Shown here piece by piece: positions 1-10,658 of a stretch of DNA of 64,000 nt (within the stretch, counting starts at the first letter, position 1; every line of letters starts with the position of its first letter). Source of the stretch: a virus. The DNA is taken from positions 10,702 to 74,701 of the IMG/VR virus record IMGVR_UViG_3300008110_000181, one strand, 5' to 3'. The notes beneath the pieces were generated by a model. It was not told the origin of the DNA. It searched no databases and worked only from the letters and a program-made list of their open reading frames with translations. A program made the translations under genes and the position numbers.

Positions 1-255
1 AAGGTCACTAACCAATGCTTCATTTACAACATCTTCGATGGCATTATCACACTCTGGGTGCAATGCCATTTCTCTATATCTTTTAATTAAATCTTGCTCA
101 GTTCTGTAAACACCTTCAATATCTACATAGGAACCATAAAATCCACTTGCAATATAATTATCAACCCCGTCATCGTTGTTAGGCGGGACGGGGGAAATTA
201 TAGAAGTGGATTTGGTATTTTTATCTTCAATAGAAAAACCAAAAAGTTTTGCCAT
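1..255 (-). CDS. g20: portal vertex protein gp20 (N-terminal part, runs off window)
   Basis: Manual translation from ATG at 255: MAKLFGFSIED...GFYGSYVDIEGVYRTEQDLIKRYREMALHPECDNAIEDVVNEA, typical cyanophage gp20; follows gp19. Confidence 0.95.
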   Translation of the reverse strand, partial: MAKLFGFSIEDKNTKSTSIISPVPPNNDDGVDNYIASGFYGSYVDIEGVYRTEQDLIKRYREMALHPECDNAIEDVVNEALVSDL

Positions 256-287
256 ATTATAAAGTTTAAACTGCTATTATGTACTAT

Positions 288-881
288 TTAGCTGATGTCT
301 TCTCCACCAGCTTTAGCAGAATTTCCTCTGTATGCTTCCCACCAATGTACTTGTAGTTCTACAGTAAATTCTTCAATGGTATCACCAGTTTCATAACTTA
401 CATCAATTGCAGAAATATTGGTTGGGAAAATATCCCAGAACTTATAAGATCTGAGAATTGACCCATCACGGTCTAGTTGATGAACTGTTGCATCTTTATG
501 GTATTCTGCAGGATTTGTCAATCCTGTTGCATTATCCATTTTATTAATTACATTCATCCACTTTTCAAAAGCAGAACGAATTGAGAAGTCTACATCATTA
601 ATTACTGTAATTGTCCAGGTATCAAATGTTCTATCTCCTGCAACTTTTAAAATACGACCTCTAAAAGGAACTTCAATTGGAGTAATATTTGATGCTGGCA
701 AGGCAGCTGCTTTCACAAGAAATCTTGCCTTGTTCAAAATTTCATTATCAACATTTACATCAGTTGGAAATGCTAATTCAACTTCAAAAAGATTAGGTCT
801 TGCACCACCACCAGCTAACTTCCCTTTGAAGTCAGTGATTTTTCTGAGTGGGATAGTATTTTGTTGTTGACGATTTGCCAT
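288..881 (-). CDS. g19: tail tube protein gp19
   Basis: GGARPNLFEV, IEVPFRGRILKVAGDRTF and IEEFTVE motifs; synteny. Confidence 0.95.
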   Translation of the reverse strand: MANRQQQNTIPLRKITDFKGKLAGGGARPNLFEVELAFPTDVNVDNEILNKARFLVKAAALPASNITPIEVPFRGRILKVAGDRTFDTWTITVINDVDFSIRSAFEKWMNVINKMDNATGLTNPAEYHKDATVHQLDRDGSILRSYKFWDIFPTNISAIDVSYETGDTIEEFTVELQVHWWEAYRGNSAKAGGEDIS

Positions 882-904
882 TGTTCTTTAAACCTCTTAA
901 TGAA

Positions 905-3073
905 TTAAACGTTACCAATTACTTCTTCAAATGCAACACCAGTTCTGGTGGCAACGAAGGTTAGACCAATAAAGTTGATTGATCTTGCTGGTTTAATATA
1001 GATGTCAGCAACAAATTCATTATTATCAATTACAGAAGCAGTATTATTAGTTTCATCACAAATAACGACATAATCAGAAATACCTCGTTTTGATTGAATA
1101 TCACGGAGGAATGGTTCAATAATATTTACGAAGTTTGTTCTTGTGATCTCATCATTAAATTCAAAGAGTTGATCTTTTGCTGCAGCAGAAATTGCATCTT
1201 CAAGATAGATGAACAGTCTGCGAACATTTACACGATCAAATGCAGATGCTTTAGCAAGTCCTGTTTTATCCCCAAATAATACGATACCAGAACCAGGTGA
1301 GAAGATTACAGGATTGACTCTATTGCTGTAGAGACGATCTCTTTGTGTCTTCGATGGATTATATGCAAGTTTAACTGCATTGAGAATTGTACCTCTGGTT
1401 GTTCCTGCTGGTGAGAACCATGGGAAATTATTAATGTCATTACGGGCACAAATGCCAGCAATATCTCCATTTAATGGTACATATCTAAATGTATTATTAA
1501 ATCTGTCGTACATGTACTTATAACCACTATCAAAAATTGCATATGATGAAGATGTTAGTGGTGCATAGAAACCAACAACATTAGATGTGATTGTTTCACT
1601 ATTTTCAACGGTTACTGATCCAACTGCAGTATCGGTAATGAATGCTTTTCTATATGGTGAGATAAATGCAATAGAATCTTTTCTGATCTCAGCAACAGAG
1701 ATTAATTTATTTGCAAGTGCTTGTGCAGATTCTTTTTCAAGGTTAGCGGAACCCATGATAAGAAAATCAACTTCATATTGCTCTTGATTTTCTAAGATAC
1801 CATATCCATTTACAATATTGCTTAGACCAGCTGTGAGTGATCCAGTATTTGTAACACCATTTAGACCACCGTAATCTCTACCACCTGCTAATTTTGAATT
1901 AAATGCACCAATAGATGAGAATAATTTTCCTTCCGTGGTTTGATCCCAGGCACCATTAGTAGCAAGAGTAAATCCACTGCTATAACCGGTTGTCACAACT
2001 CCAGTTGGTTGTGATCCACCATAAACATATAGAGAATTCTCAGAAAGATATTTTCTCCAATATGAAGTGGATCCAGCAGAAAATTCTGCATCTTTTGCTT
2101 TAGAAAGACCTAAATGCTTCTCTAAAATTGTACCAGCATTTCCAGTGATACTTCCATCTCCATCAATTACTACAACATGTAACTCATCAAATCTAGAAGC
2201 TCTAGCATCGGCATAAGTGGTTGTTGTTGGTTTATCGGCAATGGTTGACCACTTTATTGAAACCTCTGTAGTTGCAGTACCAACTACGGCAGTGCTTACC
2301 ACAAGATTTTGTTGCTCAAACCAATCTTGAATTGTTGATGGTGTTAGTGATGTAAAAGATGTTGTGGTTCCAACCGTATGAATGCCAATATCACCAGATC
2401 CGAATGCCCAAACACCTGCTTGCTGATAATCAACGGCAACTTCAGTTCCTGCTGCAGAAACATGACTTAATACTTTTACTTCAATGCTAGCAGCACCTAT
2501 ATTAGTAATTATACCTTTTAAGTGACCATTTAATGCAGTAGTTGTTCCAGAACCAATATTAACTTTGCCTAAAACAGATTGTGTAACACCCATACCAATC
2601 GAAAGACCAGATGTGGTTACACCTAAGATTTGATCTGCCTCAGAGTCAATAATTCCGATTCTTAGACCGTTTGCCCATGAACCTGGTGTTCTTGCAGTAA
2701 CAACTACACCATTAATTGTGGTTTCATCATAACCAAGTTGCTGATAGTGCTCACTACTTTTAATCTTTGTAGTTCCACCTACACCAGCATTTGCAAATCC
2801 ATTGTCATCTGCTCTAATGACTTGTAATGCTCCACCATAAGCTAAGTATGATGATGCACACAGCCAGGTCTCATACTGCTTATCTGTTGAGTATGGTTTT
2901 CCAAAAAGTTCTATTAAATCCTTTTCACTCTGAACTAATGTTGGTAACTCGACTGGTCCTCTTTCAAAAGGACCAACAATTGCCCCTACTTTATCTGAGG
3001 TTGGGTCAATTCTACCAACTGTTAGATCAACTTCTCTTACTAAAGTTCCAGGAGATGCTAAATTTAGTGGCAT
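905..3073 (-). CDS. g18: tail sheath protein gp18
   Basis: SPG..VREVDLT N-terminus; PWFSPAG, FDRVNVRRLF, IKPARSINFI C-terminal motifs. Confidence 0.97.
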   Translation of the reverse strand: MPLNLASPGTLVREVDLTVGRIDPTSDKVGAIVGPFERGPVELPTLVQSEKDLIELFGKPYSTDKQYETWLCASSYLAYGGALQVIRADDNGFANAGVGGTTKIKSSEHYQQLGYDETTINGVVVTARTPGSWANGLRIGIIDSEADQILGVTTSGLSIGMGVTQSVLGKVNIGSGTTTALNGHLKGIITNIGAASIEVKVLSHVSAAGTEVAVDYQQAGVWAFGSGDIGIHTVGTTTSFTSLTPSTIQDWFEQQNLVVSTAVVGTATTEVSIKWSTIADKPTTTTYADARASRFDELHVVVIDGDGSITGNAGTILEKHLGLSKAKDAEFSAGSTSYWRKYLSENSLYVYGGSQPTGVVTTGYSSGFTLATNGAWDQTTEGKLFSSIGAFNSKLAGGRDYGGLNGVTNTGSLTAGLSNIVNGYGILENQEQYEVDFLIMGSANLEKESAQALANKLISVAEIRKDSIAFISPYRKAFITDTAVGSVTVENSETITSNVVGFYAPLTSSSYAIFDSGYKYMYDRFNNTFRYVPLNGDIAGICARNDINNFPWFSPAGTTRGTILNAVKLAYNPSKTQRDRLYSNRVNPVIFSPGSGIVLFGDKTGLAKASAFDRVNVRRLFIYLEDAISAAAKDQLFEFNDEITRTNFVNIIEPFLRDIQSKRGISDYVVICDETNNTASVIDNNEFVADIYIKPARSINFIGLTFVATRTGVAFEEVIGNV

Positions 3074-3158
3074 CTTAATTCCCCTCGCGATCCAAATTTA
3101 TCTACAAATATTTATGAAAAGGTATACTTTCAGGTGGGAAACGATGCGTGAACACTAA

Positions 3159-3389
3159 TTACCAATCAGGATAATCCCACAAAACCATATTATCTTTTAT
3201 TTTTCTTTTTTTCTGCACTCTACCAATTGTGCATTGCTTACATTCATATGAATATGAGGATGCTATTGTATTTTTATTTTTTCGAGTTAAATAAAAATCA
3301 TTCATTAAACTTTTTATCTTCCCACACTTTTTACACTTTCTATCAAAAAATAATAAATGTTCAAATTCTATCTGATCATCTAAATCCAT
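3159..3389 (-). CDS. small CxxC...CxxC protein (likely start MDLDDQ)
   Basis: RKCKKCG...YSYECKQC zinc-ribbon-like pattern; start abuts the gp17 stop. Confidence 0.6.
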   Translation of the reverse strand: MDLDDQIEFEHLLFFDRKCKKCGKIKSLMNDFYLTRKNKNTIASSYSYECKQCTIGRVQKKRKIKDNMVLWDYPDW

Positions 3390-5032
3390 TAAACATAATC
3401 CCACATGTAGGATCGATCACCATATTCATCTGTATACCATCTGTCACCATCAGCATCTACAAAACTGTCCTCATCCAATCCATCAAGAATAAATCCAAAC
3501 GGTGCCATATCTTGCTCAATTTGATTTTTTTGTTCTTCATAGATTCTTTTACGAACATCATTATCTGTCATCTCTTTAAAATAGTCCTGAGCAACTAACC
3601 AAGAGAAAATAACAAGACACATTGCTAAGTCATCATTACAGCCTTCTTCTGCTTCAAAGGAATTGTGCTTTTGTGCAAATGTCGTTAATTCAGAAATAAT
3701 ATCATAATCAACAGTCAGTAACTTATCATCTTCTAACAACGTCTTTAAATTAGAACATCCCAACTTCTTAACTGCGGCAGTCATCCTCACACCCAATTGA
3801 GACTTCTTACCACTAAATCCAGAACCTACAATCTGACCAGCACGACCACGCATGGCACACATCAAAACATTGTCATATTCTAGATCAAAATGTAAAATAC
3901 TTGCGACTTGATCTCCAATATCATTGACTTCAATTAATAACCAAGCATCATTATACCCCTTAGCAACTTCATGAATGATATTGGGGAAGAGCATTGGTTT
4001 TATTTCGTTGTTTTTATATTTTGCAACAACTTTATATGGAAACTCTGTAATGTCAAAAACAATAAATGCCGAATAGTCATTACCAAGACCTCGGGCAACG
4101 TCTACAGTAATCAAATAATTATTTTCTTCTTTGGGTTCTTGATATATGTCTAAACCAGCATTTCTTTTGATTGGATCTTCGTAGACAAGATTTCTTAACT
4201 TTGATGCATTAATTAAAGTATTGACAGATCCTAAAAATTCACATTCAAACTCAACCTTAAACTGTTGCTCAGAAGTGTTTGCAATAGTCTGTTGCTTCCA
4301 TCCTTCGTCTCTACCAGGCACTTCCGACCAATGAACGTCTGTGGGTACATATTCGTTCTTGCCCCGTTCAGAGTCATGCCACATGCGGTAGAAGTGATTC
4401 ATACCACGGGGAGTAGAAACTATGATGACCTTCGTGCTTTGTCCAGAAGAAATAGTAGGATAAACAGAGGCAAAGAAGTCATCAGCAATGTGATTCGGGA
4501 TGAAAGCGAATTCGTCAAGAAAGATGACATTATAGGATCCGCCTCGGACAGCAGATGACGAAGTAGAGTTAGATGAAATTTTGGAGCCATTTTCTAGTTC
4601 TAATGATCCTTTATTCCAAGATATAATACCTTGTTGCATCCACTTTGGTAGATTTTCATAAGCAAGTTGTAATCTTCCAAGTAAGTCTCTTGCAGTAGAT
4701 GCTTTGTTTGCTAATATAGCTATATTAACATTATCGTTAAAAACAGCATAATGCAACAGATATGAAACAACAGTTGTAGATTTACCTGTCTGACGAGGCA
4801 TTTTACAAATGTTGAATCTATTGTCATGGAAATTTTGAATTAACCTTTCTTGGAAAGGATACATCTTGAATGGAACAAGTCCGTGATCCAGAGACACAAT
4901 CTTAATATAATTCCTAGCAAAATATACAGGATCTTCTTTACACTTTAAGAACTCAATAATTTGGTCCTGCGTAAATTCAATTGCTGTATTTGCTTTTTTT
5001 AGATTAGGATTACCAAGATAAACTTCACTCAT
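3389..5032 (-). CDS. g17: terminase large subunit gp17
   Basis: Walker A PRQTGKST, Walker B IFLDEFAF, nuclease motifs VDVARG and NDDLAM. Confidence 0.97.
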   Translation of the reverse strand: MSEVYLGNPNLKKANTAIEFTQDQIIEFLKCKEDPVYFARNYIKIVSLDHGLVPFKMYPFQERLIQNFHDNRFNICKMPRQTGKSTTVVSYLLHYAVFNDNVNIAILANKASTARDLLGRLQLAYENLPKWMQQGIISWNKGSLELENGSKISSNSTSSSAVRGGSYNVIFLDEFAFIPNHIADDFFASVYPTISSGQSTKVIIVSTPRGMNHFYRMWHDSERGKNEYVPTDVHWSEVPGRDEGWKQQTIANTSEQQFKVEFECEFLGSVNTLINASKLRNLVYEDPIKRNAGLDIYQEPKEENNYLITVDVARGLGNDYSAFIVFDITEFPYKVVAKYKNNEIKPMLFPNIIHEVAKGYNDAWLLIEVNDIGDQVASILHFDLEYDNVLMCAMRGRAGQIVGSGFSGKKSQLGVRMTAAVKKLGCSNLKTLLEDDKLLTVDYDIISELTTFAQKHNSFEAEEGCNDDLAMCLVIFSWLVAQDYFKEMTDNDVRKRIYEEQKNQIEQDMAPFGFILDGLDEDSFVDADGDRWYTDEYGDRSYMWDYV

Positions 5033-5038
5033 AAAAAA

Positions 5039-6039
5039 TTACCTCTGTTCAATCCAGTTCAGAACTGCAAGTGCTTTCTTATTGGTACTAGGACTTGCAC
5101 AAGCAAGAGTATAAGTATCACTGATTGTTCCAATACCACTTCTACCCAACTGAAGTGCTGCTTTATCATCAAGATCAACTAATGTACCATTACCATTAAT
5201 TACAAAACCACTCAAAAGAGTATTTCCACCAGTCGTTGCAGTTTCAGTAATATTGTATTGCATAAAGGAGTTTGGATCTGGATGATCTACCCAAGTTCCG
5301 CCTGTATTTGTTGCATTTTCAATAAGTTCCCAATAGACATTTGCATTATCATCCGTTGCTGCTTGTAATGATCTCAAAAGCATCACCGCACCTAGATTAC
5401 TAGATTTTAGACGAAGACTTATAATTGGATAGAATGTATTTGCAAGAGGCATCGTTGTCCCTGTGATGGGATTTGATATACTCTCAAGAGCTCCAAGTTT
5501 TTCTGGTTCTCCTTCTTGAATGAGAGAATTAGAACCCTGATACAGATAATGAGTTCCTGCAACACCAGTTACATTTTCTATCTCAAGTCTAATTGGTAAG
5601 AATGGAGTAGAACACCACACTCCTGGATTTGTATTTGAGTTCTCAAAAGTATGGGATACAACAGTCTCATTCTTCATCAACCAAGCAAATTCTACAATGC
5701 CAGCACCATACCAGGAATGTATCTCATCACATTCTTGGTTTGGCGAATGATTTTGCTTCCTGTAGTGGAACCAACTTGCATGATTACATTACTGGCATTT
5801 ACATTAAATGTTGCGGTTGCAATTCCAACTATTCTTTCATCCCATACATCAGTCTCTTTACCATACTGAAAGGTGTTAAAGAATACTGTTTGATACGGAG
5901 CAACTTTGAGACGATTGTTATTGGTGAATTGAGGTCTCCAGTCAGTCTGGTTTCCCCAGTGATCTGCGATATTATAAACCTCAAATAGACTTCTCTCCTG
6001 ATCTAGAAAGTCTTGTGTTTTCTTATTCCACTGTGCCAT
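5039..6039 (-). pseudogene. probable single gene split by a frameshift near 5710 (ORFs 5692-6039 and 5039-5680)
   Basis: Upstream ORF ends RYIPG-MVLAL*; the downstream frame reads WYGAGIVEFAWL into MKNETV from 5713. Confidence 0.55.
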
Positions 6040-6041
6040 AA

Positions 6042-6356
6042 TTAATCAGTCCAAGTTAGTCTTTCTGGTTGATATCTTTGTGAATTTTTGATTCTTAAAG
6101 AACTTTGAGATTGTGATGGATAGATGTTATGAACAATCGCACCAGGATATTCTCCTTGAAGTTGTTCTGCAAGAGCGTTCTTATCCATCATAGAACCTTC
6201 AACTTCCATACGATATAGTTTTCCTTCCCAAACTACATCAGCAAGGAAAGATTCTGTTGCTTGCTCTGGTTGAGATCCACCACTCATATAGAGATTTCCA
6301 TTGAAATCTCCGGCGATATTGATGCTTTCTGATAAGAATTGTTGAAAAGATTTCAT
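6042..6356 (-). CDS. hypothetical protein with capsid-targeting-like N-terminus
   Basis: MKSFQQFLSE resembles the T4 internal-protein capsid targeting sequence MKTYQEFIAE. Confidence 0.65.
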   Translation of the reverse strand: MKSFQQFLSESINIAGDFNGNLYMSGGSQPEQATESFLADVVWEGKLYRMEVEGSMMDKNALAEQLQGEYPGAIVHNIYPSQSQSSLRIKNSQRYQPERLTWTD

Positions 6357-6357
6357 T

Positions 6358-7896
6358 TTAGTTGCAGTTCCAACGACGGAGGGCTTTGTTGATTCTTGAA
6401 TCTGGGTCTCTTGCAGTTTTTGCAGAAGTCAGTTTAGACTTCATACCAGACATACGTGAACAGAATGATTTGCGTCTTGAGGCTCTTTTTCCAGTTGGAT
6501 TTTTTTCAGTTACAGCAGTCTTAAGTTTAGAACCTGGATTCTCACGACGATAAGCATTGACTGCCTTTTGACTTAATCCATCAGTTTTATCTTGGCGATT
6601 GACTTTTTGCCAATCTTCACCAAGTTCTTGTCTCCAATCTGAATACTGCTCTGGAACACAATTGGGAACTAGTTTTTTGCCTTTCTTTTTTAGACCAACT
6701 TGATTATATCCTGTCCAACATGCTTCATCAACTTTACCTTGTCCACTATCAAGATAATCTGCCGCAGTATCAATATAATCTGCTGCTTTTGTAATTTTTG
6801 ATTGTACCCATGCTTCAAGACCACCTTCACCTTTACCCATTTTCTTCTTCAATCTTTTTGCAGCAGAAATAATCGTTGAGAGTTCCGAACGAGCCATTGA
6901 ATACTCGTGATCCTTTTCTTCATTTGCTGGATGAACCTGAGCAACACTGAACTTCATTTGATTATCAGTTAAACCTTGTGCTGGTTGTGAGTATGCTTCC
7001 CAAAACTTAGGACCGTACTTACATTCTGACTGAGTTTCATTCTTCTCACATGCTGGGCAATATCGAATCATGTCCACCGATTCTGATTTATTTCCCCAAT
7101 TAGCAGCACCAACTTTACGACACTTGACAAGTGCTCCTGATGCATATGCACTTGGCCAAACACTATATCTTGATTTTACTTTATTATAACAGGCATCTTT
7201 TTTTGCTTTTTTCTCTGCTTCTTGTAGATCAATTTCTTCTTTCATCTTCTTTTTTGGTTTATCTGTTGAAACATAAGTTGGTTTTGCAGCACCAGATTTT
7301 TGTTGCTGGCCAGGATCTGCTGCTTTTTTTCTTCTTGCTGCTGAAAGTCTTTCTGCCTTTGTCATGCTTGCTCTTTTTGCAGAAGACACGCATTTTGGAG
7401 TTCCTTCTCCTGGTTCATCACTTGCACATGTTCCACCAGTTACGACATTGACCCAACCAGGTTTTCCATCCTTTGATTTGGATTTTCCAAACCAATCACG
7501 AAGACCCTCTTCATTCATAGTTTCTTCATATGCCATACCTCTTCTGGTATGCTTTAATTCACCTTTTTGTTTTGCCATTAGTTCTTTGGAATATTTTTGT
7601 GCTTTTACTGCACTTGAAACATTCTCATCTGGAGTTTTTTTCTTTGGATTGTCATATACATCAACATCTCCATCAGCATCTCTATCAACATATTGAACGG
7701 TTGAATGATGTACAAGATGCTTGAGTTGAAGATTAGGATCTAATTGATGCTGTGATTTTTTTAAATGGGGTGTTTTATGGGTAAAAACAGCCTCATCAAC
7801 TTTTTTGAGTTTACGTCCCTGACAATGGGCACGTTGACTAAATCCTTTTGGATTATCACAATCAATTGATTTTTTATATTTTTCGGACCAACCCAT
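6358..7896 (-). CDS. basic multi-module hypothetical protein, possibly head-internal
   Basis: 512-aa ORF of Lys/Arg-rich modules; late-type box at 7920-7926. Confidence 0.7.
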   Translation of the reverse strand: MGWSEKYKKSIDCDNPKGFSQRAHCQGRKLKKVDEAVFTHKTPHLKKSQHQLDPNLQLKHLVHHSTVQYVDRDADGDVDVYDNPKKKTPDENVSSAVKAQKYSKELMAKQKGELKHTRRGMAYEETMNEEGLRDWFGKSKSKDGKPGWVNVVTGGTCASDEPGEGTPKCVSSAKRASMTKAERLSAARRKKAADPGQQQKSGAAKPTYVSTDKPKKKMKEEIDLQEAEKKAKKDACYNKVKSRYSVWPSAYASGALVKCRKVGAANWGNKSESVDMIRYCPACEKNETQSECKYGPKFWEAYSQPAQGLTDNQMKFSVAQVHPANEEKDHEYSMARSELSTIISAAKRLKKKMGKGEGGLEAWVQSKITKAADYIDTAADYLDSGQGKVDEACWTGYNQVGLKKKGKKLVPNCVPEQYSDWRQELGEDWQKVNRQDKTDGLSQKAVNAYRRENPGSKLKTAVTEKNPTGKRASRRKSFCSRMSGMKSKLTSAKTARDPDSRINKALRRWNCN

Positions 7897-7902
7897 TAGA
7901 AA

Positions 7903-8334
7903 CTAAGACTCTTCTTTATTATTTAGGAAACCCTGTTTCAACAATTTTGATAGTTCTGCTGTTGAACCTACGAATAAAGCATTATTAGTGACATTATTTG
8001 TAGTTTTTGGTGAGTCTTCTTCAACATCTTTTAATTTCTTCTGAAGATCAATTAACTTATCGGTCGTATCAGCAACACTTTTGATCAATTGACCTGCAAC
8101 TTCATAGGCTCTTGGACTTCCCCCTTCACCGGCAAGTTCCATGATACCATTAATTGCCTCTTGCCCTTTTTCAATTAATGAATATAAATTTGCACGAGTA
8201 TATTCGTAATCTTTTTGGATATCATCATTTTTTATATTTAAAATTGGTTTATTTATCTCTGAAGGTGCTTTTTCAACTTCTATGATAGAACTTTCAATAT
8301 TCAATGCTTTATCCAAATCTTCATAATTTGCCAT
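7903..8334 (-). CDS. g16: terminase small subunit gp16
   Basis: DYEYTRANL, SPRAYEVAGQLIK, ALFVGSTAEL. Confidence 0.93.
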   Translation of the reverse strand: MANYEDLDKALNIESSIIEVEKAPSEINKPILNIKNDDIQKDYEYTRANLYSLIEKGQEAINGIMELAGEGGSPRAYEVAGQLIKSVADTTDKLIDLQKKLKDVEEDSPKTTNNVTNNALFVGSTAELSKLLKQGFLNNKEES

Positions 8335-8339
8335 AATTT

Positions 8340-9188
8340 TTAATAATCAGTTTGTCTTGGTTGACTATATGTTTTAGTATCCAATAAATCTTGCCACGAC
8401 TCATTAAAACCAAAATCATCATCTGCTTCTACGAATGGATCATCCGATGATGTGATTGCACCATCGTTGTTATAATCCTGTTTTGCTTTTGGTGTAGCAA
8501 CATATCTTACTTCTCTCGTTGCAGTTGCTATATTAGTGCTGGTTGCCATGTCAACCTGAACTTTTTTAATCAGTCCATCAGTATTGTCTGCTATTGCACC
8601 GAAGAGATATGTTTTTACTGTAAATTGTAATGTGTATATCAATGCTCTTCTGGTTGAAAAATCACCCTCATAATCATCTTGAAAACTGATACTATCTAAA
8701 ACTACGGGTATATCTCTTTTTTCACCAATAGAATCCACAAGATCTAATGTAATTGTAAATGATGGTTGAAAATATGGTAATATTTGTTCTACTATTTGCA
8801 AGGCATCATCATTTAATTTTGAAAGAATATTAAGTTCAAAACCAATGTTATATGGCACTGGCATAAAAACTTTTTTCACTTTATTATTGCTTTCATCAAC
8901 TGCTTTAAAAGTTTGTGTTACTGTAGTTTTTCTTGTAGGATCATATGAAATACTATTATGCTCAAATGACATTCTAGGCAATGTGATTTGATATGGTCGG
9001 TTCAAATCTTTTTGTTCTGTAATTCTTGCTAGAAATTTTTGAGCTGGTCCATAATTCAGAGGAACTCTAAGAACACTTAGAACATCAGAATTTTCATCTT
9101 TATGTTTGATATGAATATCATTAAATAAAGTACCAAAACCAATAATGGTTTTTCTAATAATTTCGTGATAGTAATAATTTCCAAGCAT
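8340..9188 (-). CDS. g15: tail sheath stabilizer/completion protein gp15
   Basis: YYHEIIRKTIIGFGTLFN, TLPRMSFE, QIVEQILPYFQP. Confidence 0.93.
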   Translation of the reverse strand: MLGNYYYHEIIRKTIIGFGTLFNDIHIKHKDENSDVLSVLRVPLNYGPAQKFLARITEQKDLNRPYQITLPRMSFEHNSISYDPTRKTTVTQTFKAVDESNNKVKKVFMPVPYNIGFELNILSKLNDDALQIVEQILPYFQPSFTITLDLVDSIGEKRDIPVVLDSISFQDDYEGDFSTRRALIYTLQFTVKTYLFGAIADNTDGLIKKVQVDMATSTNIATATREVRYVATPKAKQDYNNDGAITSSDDPFVEADDDFGFNESWQDLLDTKTYSQPRQTDY

Positions 9189-10651
9189 TAATAGACACCA
9201 AATGGATTATCTTGACTAAAATCTATAATATCTATACCCTCATTCTCAATTTCGTCATTTTGTGCATATGGATCTTCTGTAATAAAGGTATCATACTTCT
9301 TAACAGTCCATAGAGCACTAGATGCCGCTCCAACAATTGACTCACCTTTTATAAAATCACCTGATATAATAGAAATTAATAATTGTTTATTATTTATGTT
9401 CCAATTCTTAACCCTAGCTTTCGCACCAGAAATAGATCCAGTAACAATTTCATTATCTTGAAATGTTCCTATACCAGTATTATTTACTATTGCGGATGGT
9501 GATGAAACAGTAATAGATGGATCAACAACTCTATTTAAATCGTCATATTGAATTGAATATCCACTACCTGCATTTCTTATACCAAAAGTTAAAATACCAG
9601 AGACTGAATCTTTTATATTTGCAACTATAATTGCACTAGTTGAACCAATACCTGTTGGTGTCTGATTAATTGTAATAGTTGGAATTGTAAAATACCCTAA
9701 ACCTTGATTTATAGCAGTAAGAGACTTTATTCCTACCCCACCAGAAGTATTAATCATACAAGTAGCAGCTGCCCCAGATCCACCTCCACCAATAAAAGTC
9801 AATATTGGTGCTTCAGTATAACCATAACCAGTATTTGTAATTAAAACTTCCTTAATAGAATGTGCATCTCCAACTGAAGTTGTGATTGCAACTGCTCTTG
9901 CATTAGCGCTTGATAATCCAATTGGAGATGTTGAAATTGAAACTACAGGTGGATTGATATAACCATTTCCATCATGATTTAAAATTATACGTTGTACATA
10001 CCCAGTTTGTGTTGCCTGTGCAACTTTTAGAGTAGCATTTTGTGCATCATCATAATCAATGAGATATAATGTAGCAGTAACATCCTTAATAAGTTCATCA
10101 ACTTCATCAACCGTAGTATCCATAATCTCATCTTCATATTCAAATAGTTCACAAACTAATTCATAAACATAAAGTTTTCCTAGTTGATAAAAAGGTTTTT
10201 CATGCTCAACAAATTTAACTTCAAATAATCTTTGACCCAATGGAAAATAAATTAAATCACCCTCTCTTGGTCTAGTTACAAGTTCTACTTCATTTGGGTC
10301 ATTGTAAATTAAGTTTGGGTTATAAATTGAAGTTAAGATTGGTGCAATAAATTCTTCAAATCTTTCTTTTGAAATTGTAAGAGTTACTTCATCACGCAAA
10401 GAAACCCCAAATTTTGTCATAATATCACCGGCACCAGCATATCCTTCATAGTTATTGACATATGCTTCAATAATAAAATTGTCATCAAATTTTGATGATT
10501 GTATTTCTTTGAATACGTTATCCGATCTTAATATTTTTCTTGGGATATACATAACGTCAATTCCATATATCCTCAACTGTTCATTTATTAGATCTTGAAT
10601 TAAGTTTTGTTCAGTTGATGAACCATTTAAAAAGAAAGGATTAAGTGCCAT
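9188..10651 (-). CDS. g14: neck protein gp14 with central insertion
   Basis: RPREGDLIYFP, FEVKFVEHEKPFYQLG, C-terminal DFSQDNPFG. Confidence 0.9.
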   Translation of the reverse strand: MALNPFFLNGSSTEQNLIQDLINEQLRIYGIDVMYIPRKILRSDNVFKEIQSSKFDDNFIIEAYVNNYEGYAGAGDIMTKFGVSLRDEVTLTISKERFEEFIAPILTSIYNPNLIYNDPNEVELVTRPREGDLIYFPLGQRLFEVKFVEHEKPFYQLGKLYVYELVCELFEYEDEIMDTTVDEVDELIKDVTATLYLIDYDDAQNATLKVAQATQTGYVQRIILNHDGNGYINPPVVSISTSPIGLSSANARAVAITTSVGDAHSIKEVLITNTGYGYTEAPILTFIGGGGSGAAATCMINTSGGVGIKSLTAINQGLGYFTIPTITINQTPTGIGSTSAIIVANIKDSVSGILTFGIRNAGSGYSIQYDDLNRVVDPSITVSSPSAIVNNTGIGTFQDNEIVTGSISGAKARVKNWNINNKQLLISIISGDFIKGESIVGAASSALWTVKKYDTFITEDPYAQNDEIENEGIDIIDFSQDNPFGVY

Positions 10652-10658
10652 ATTAAGA

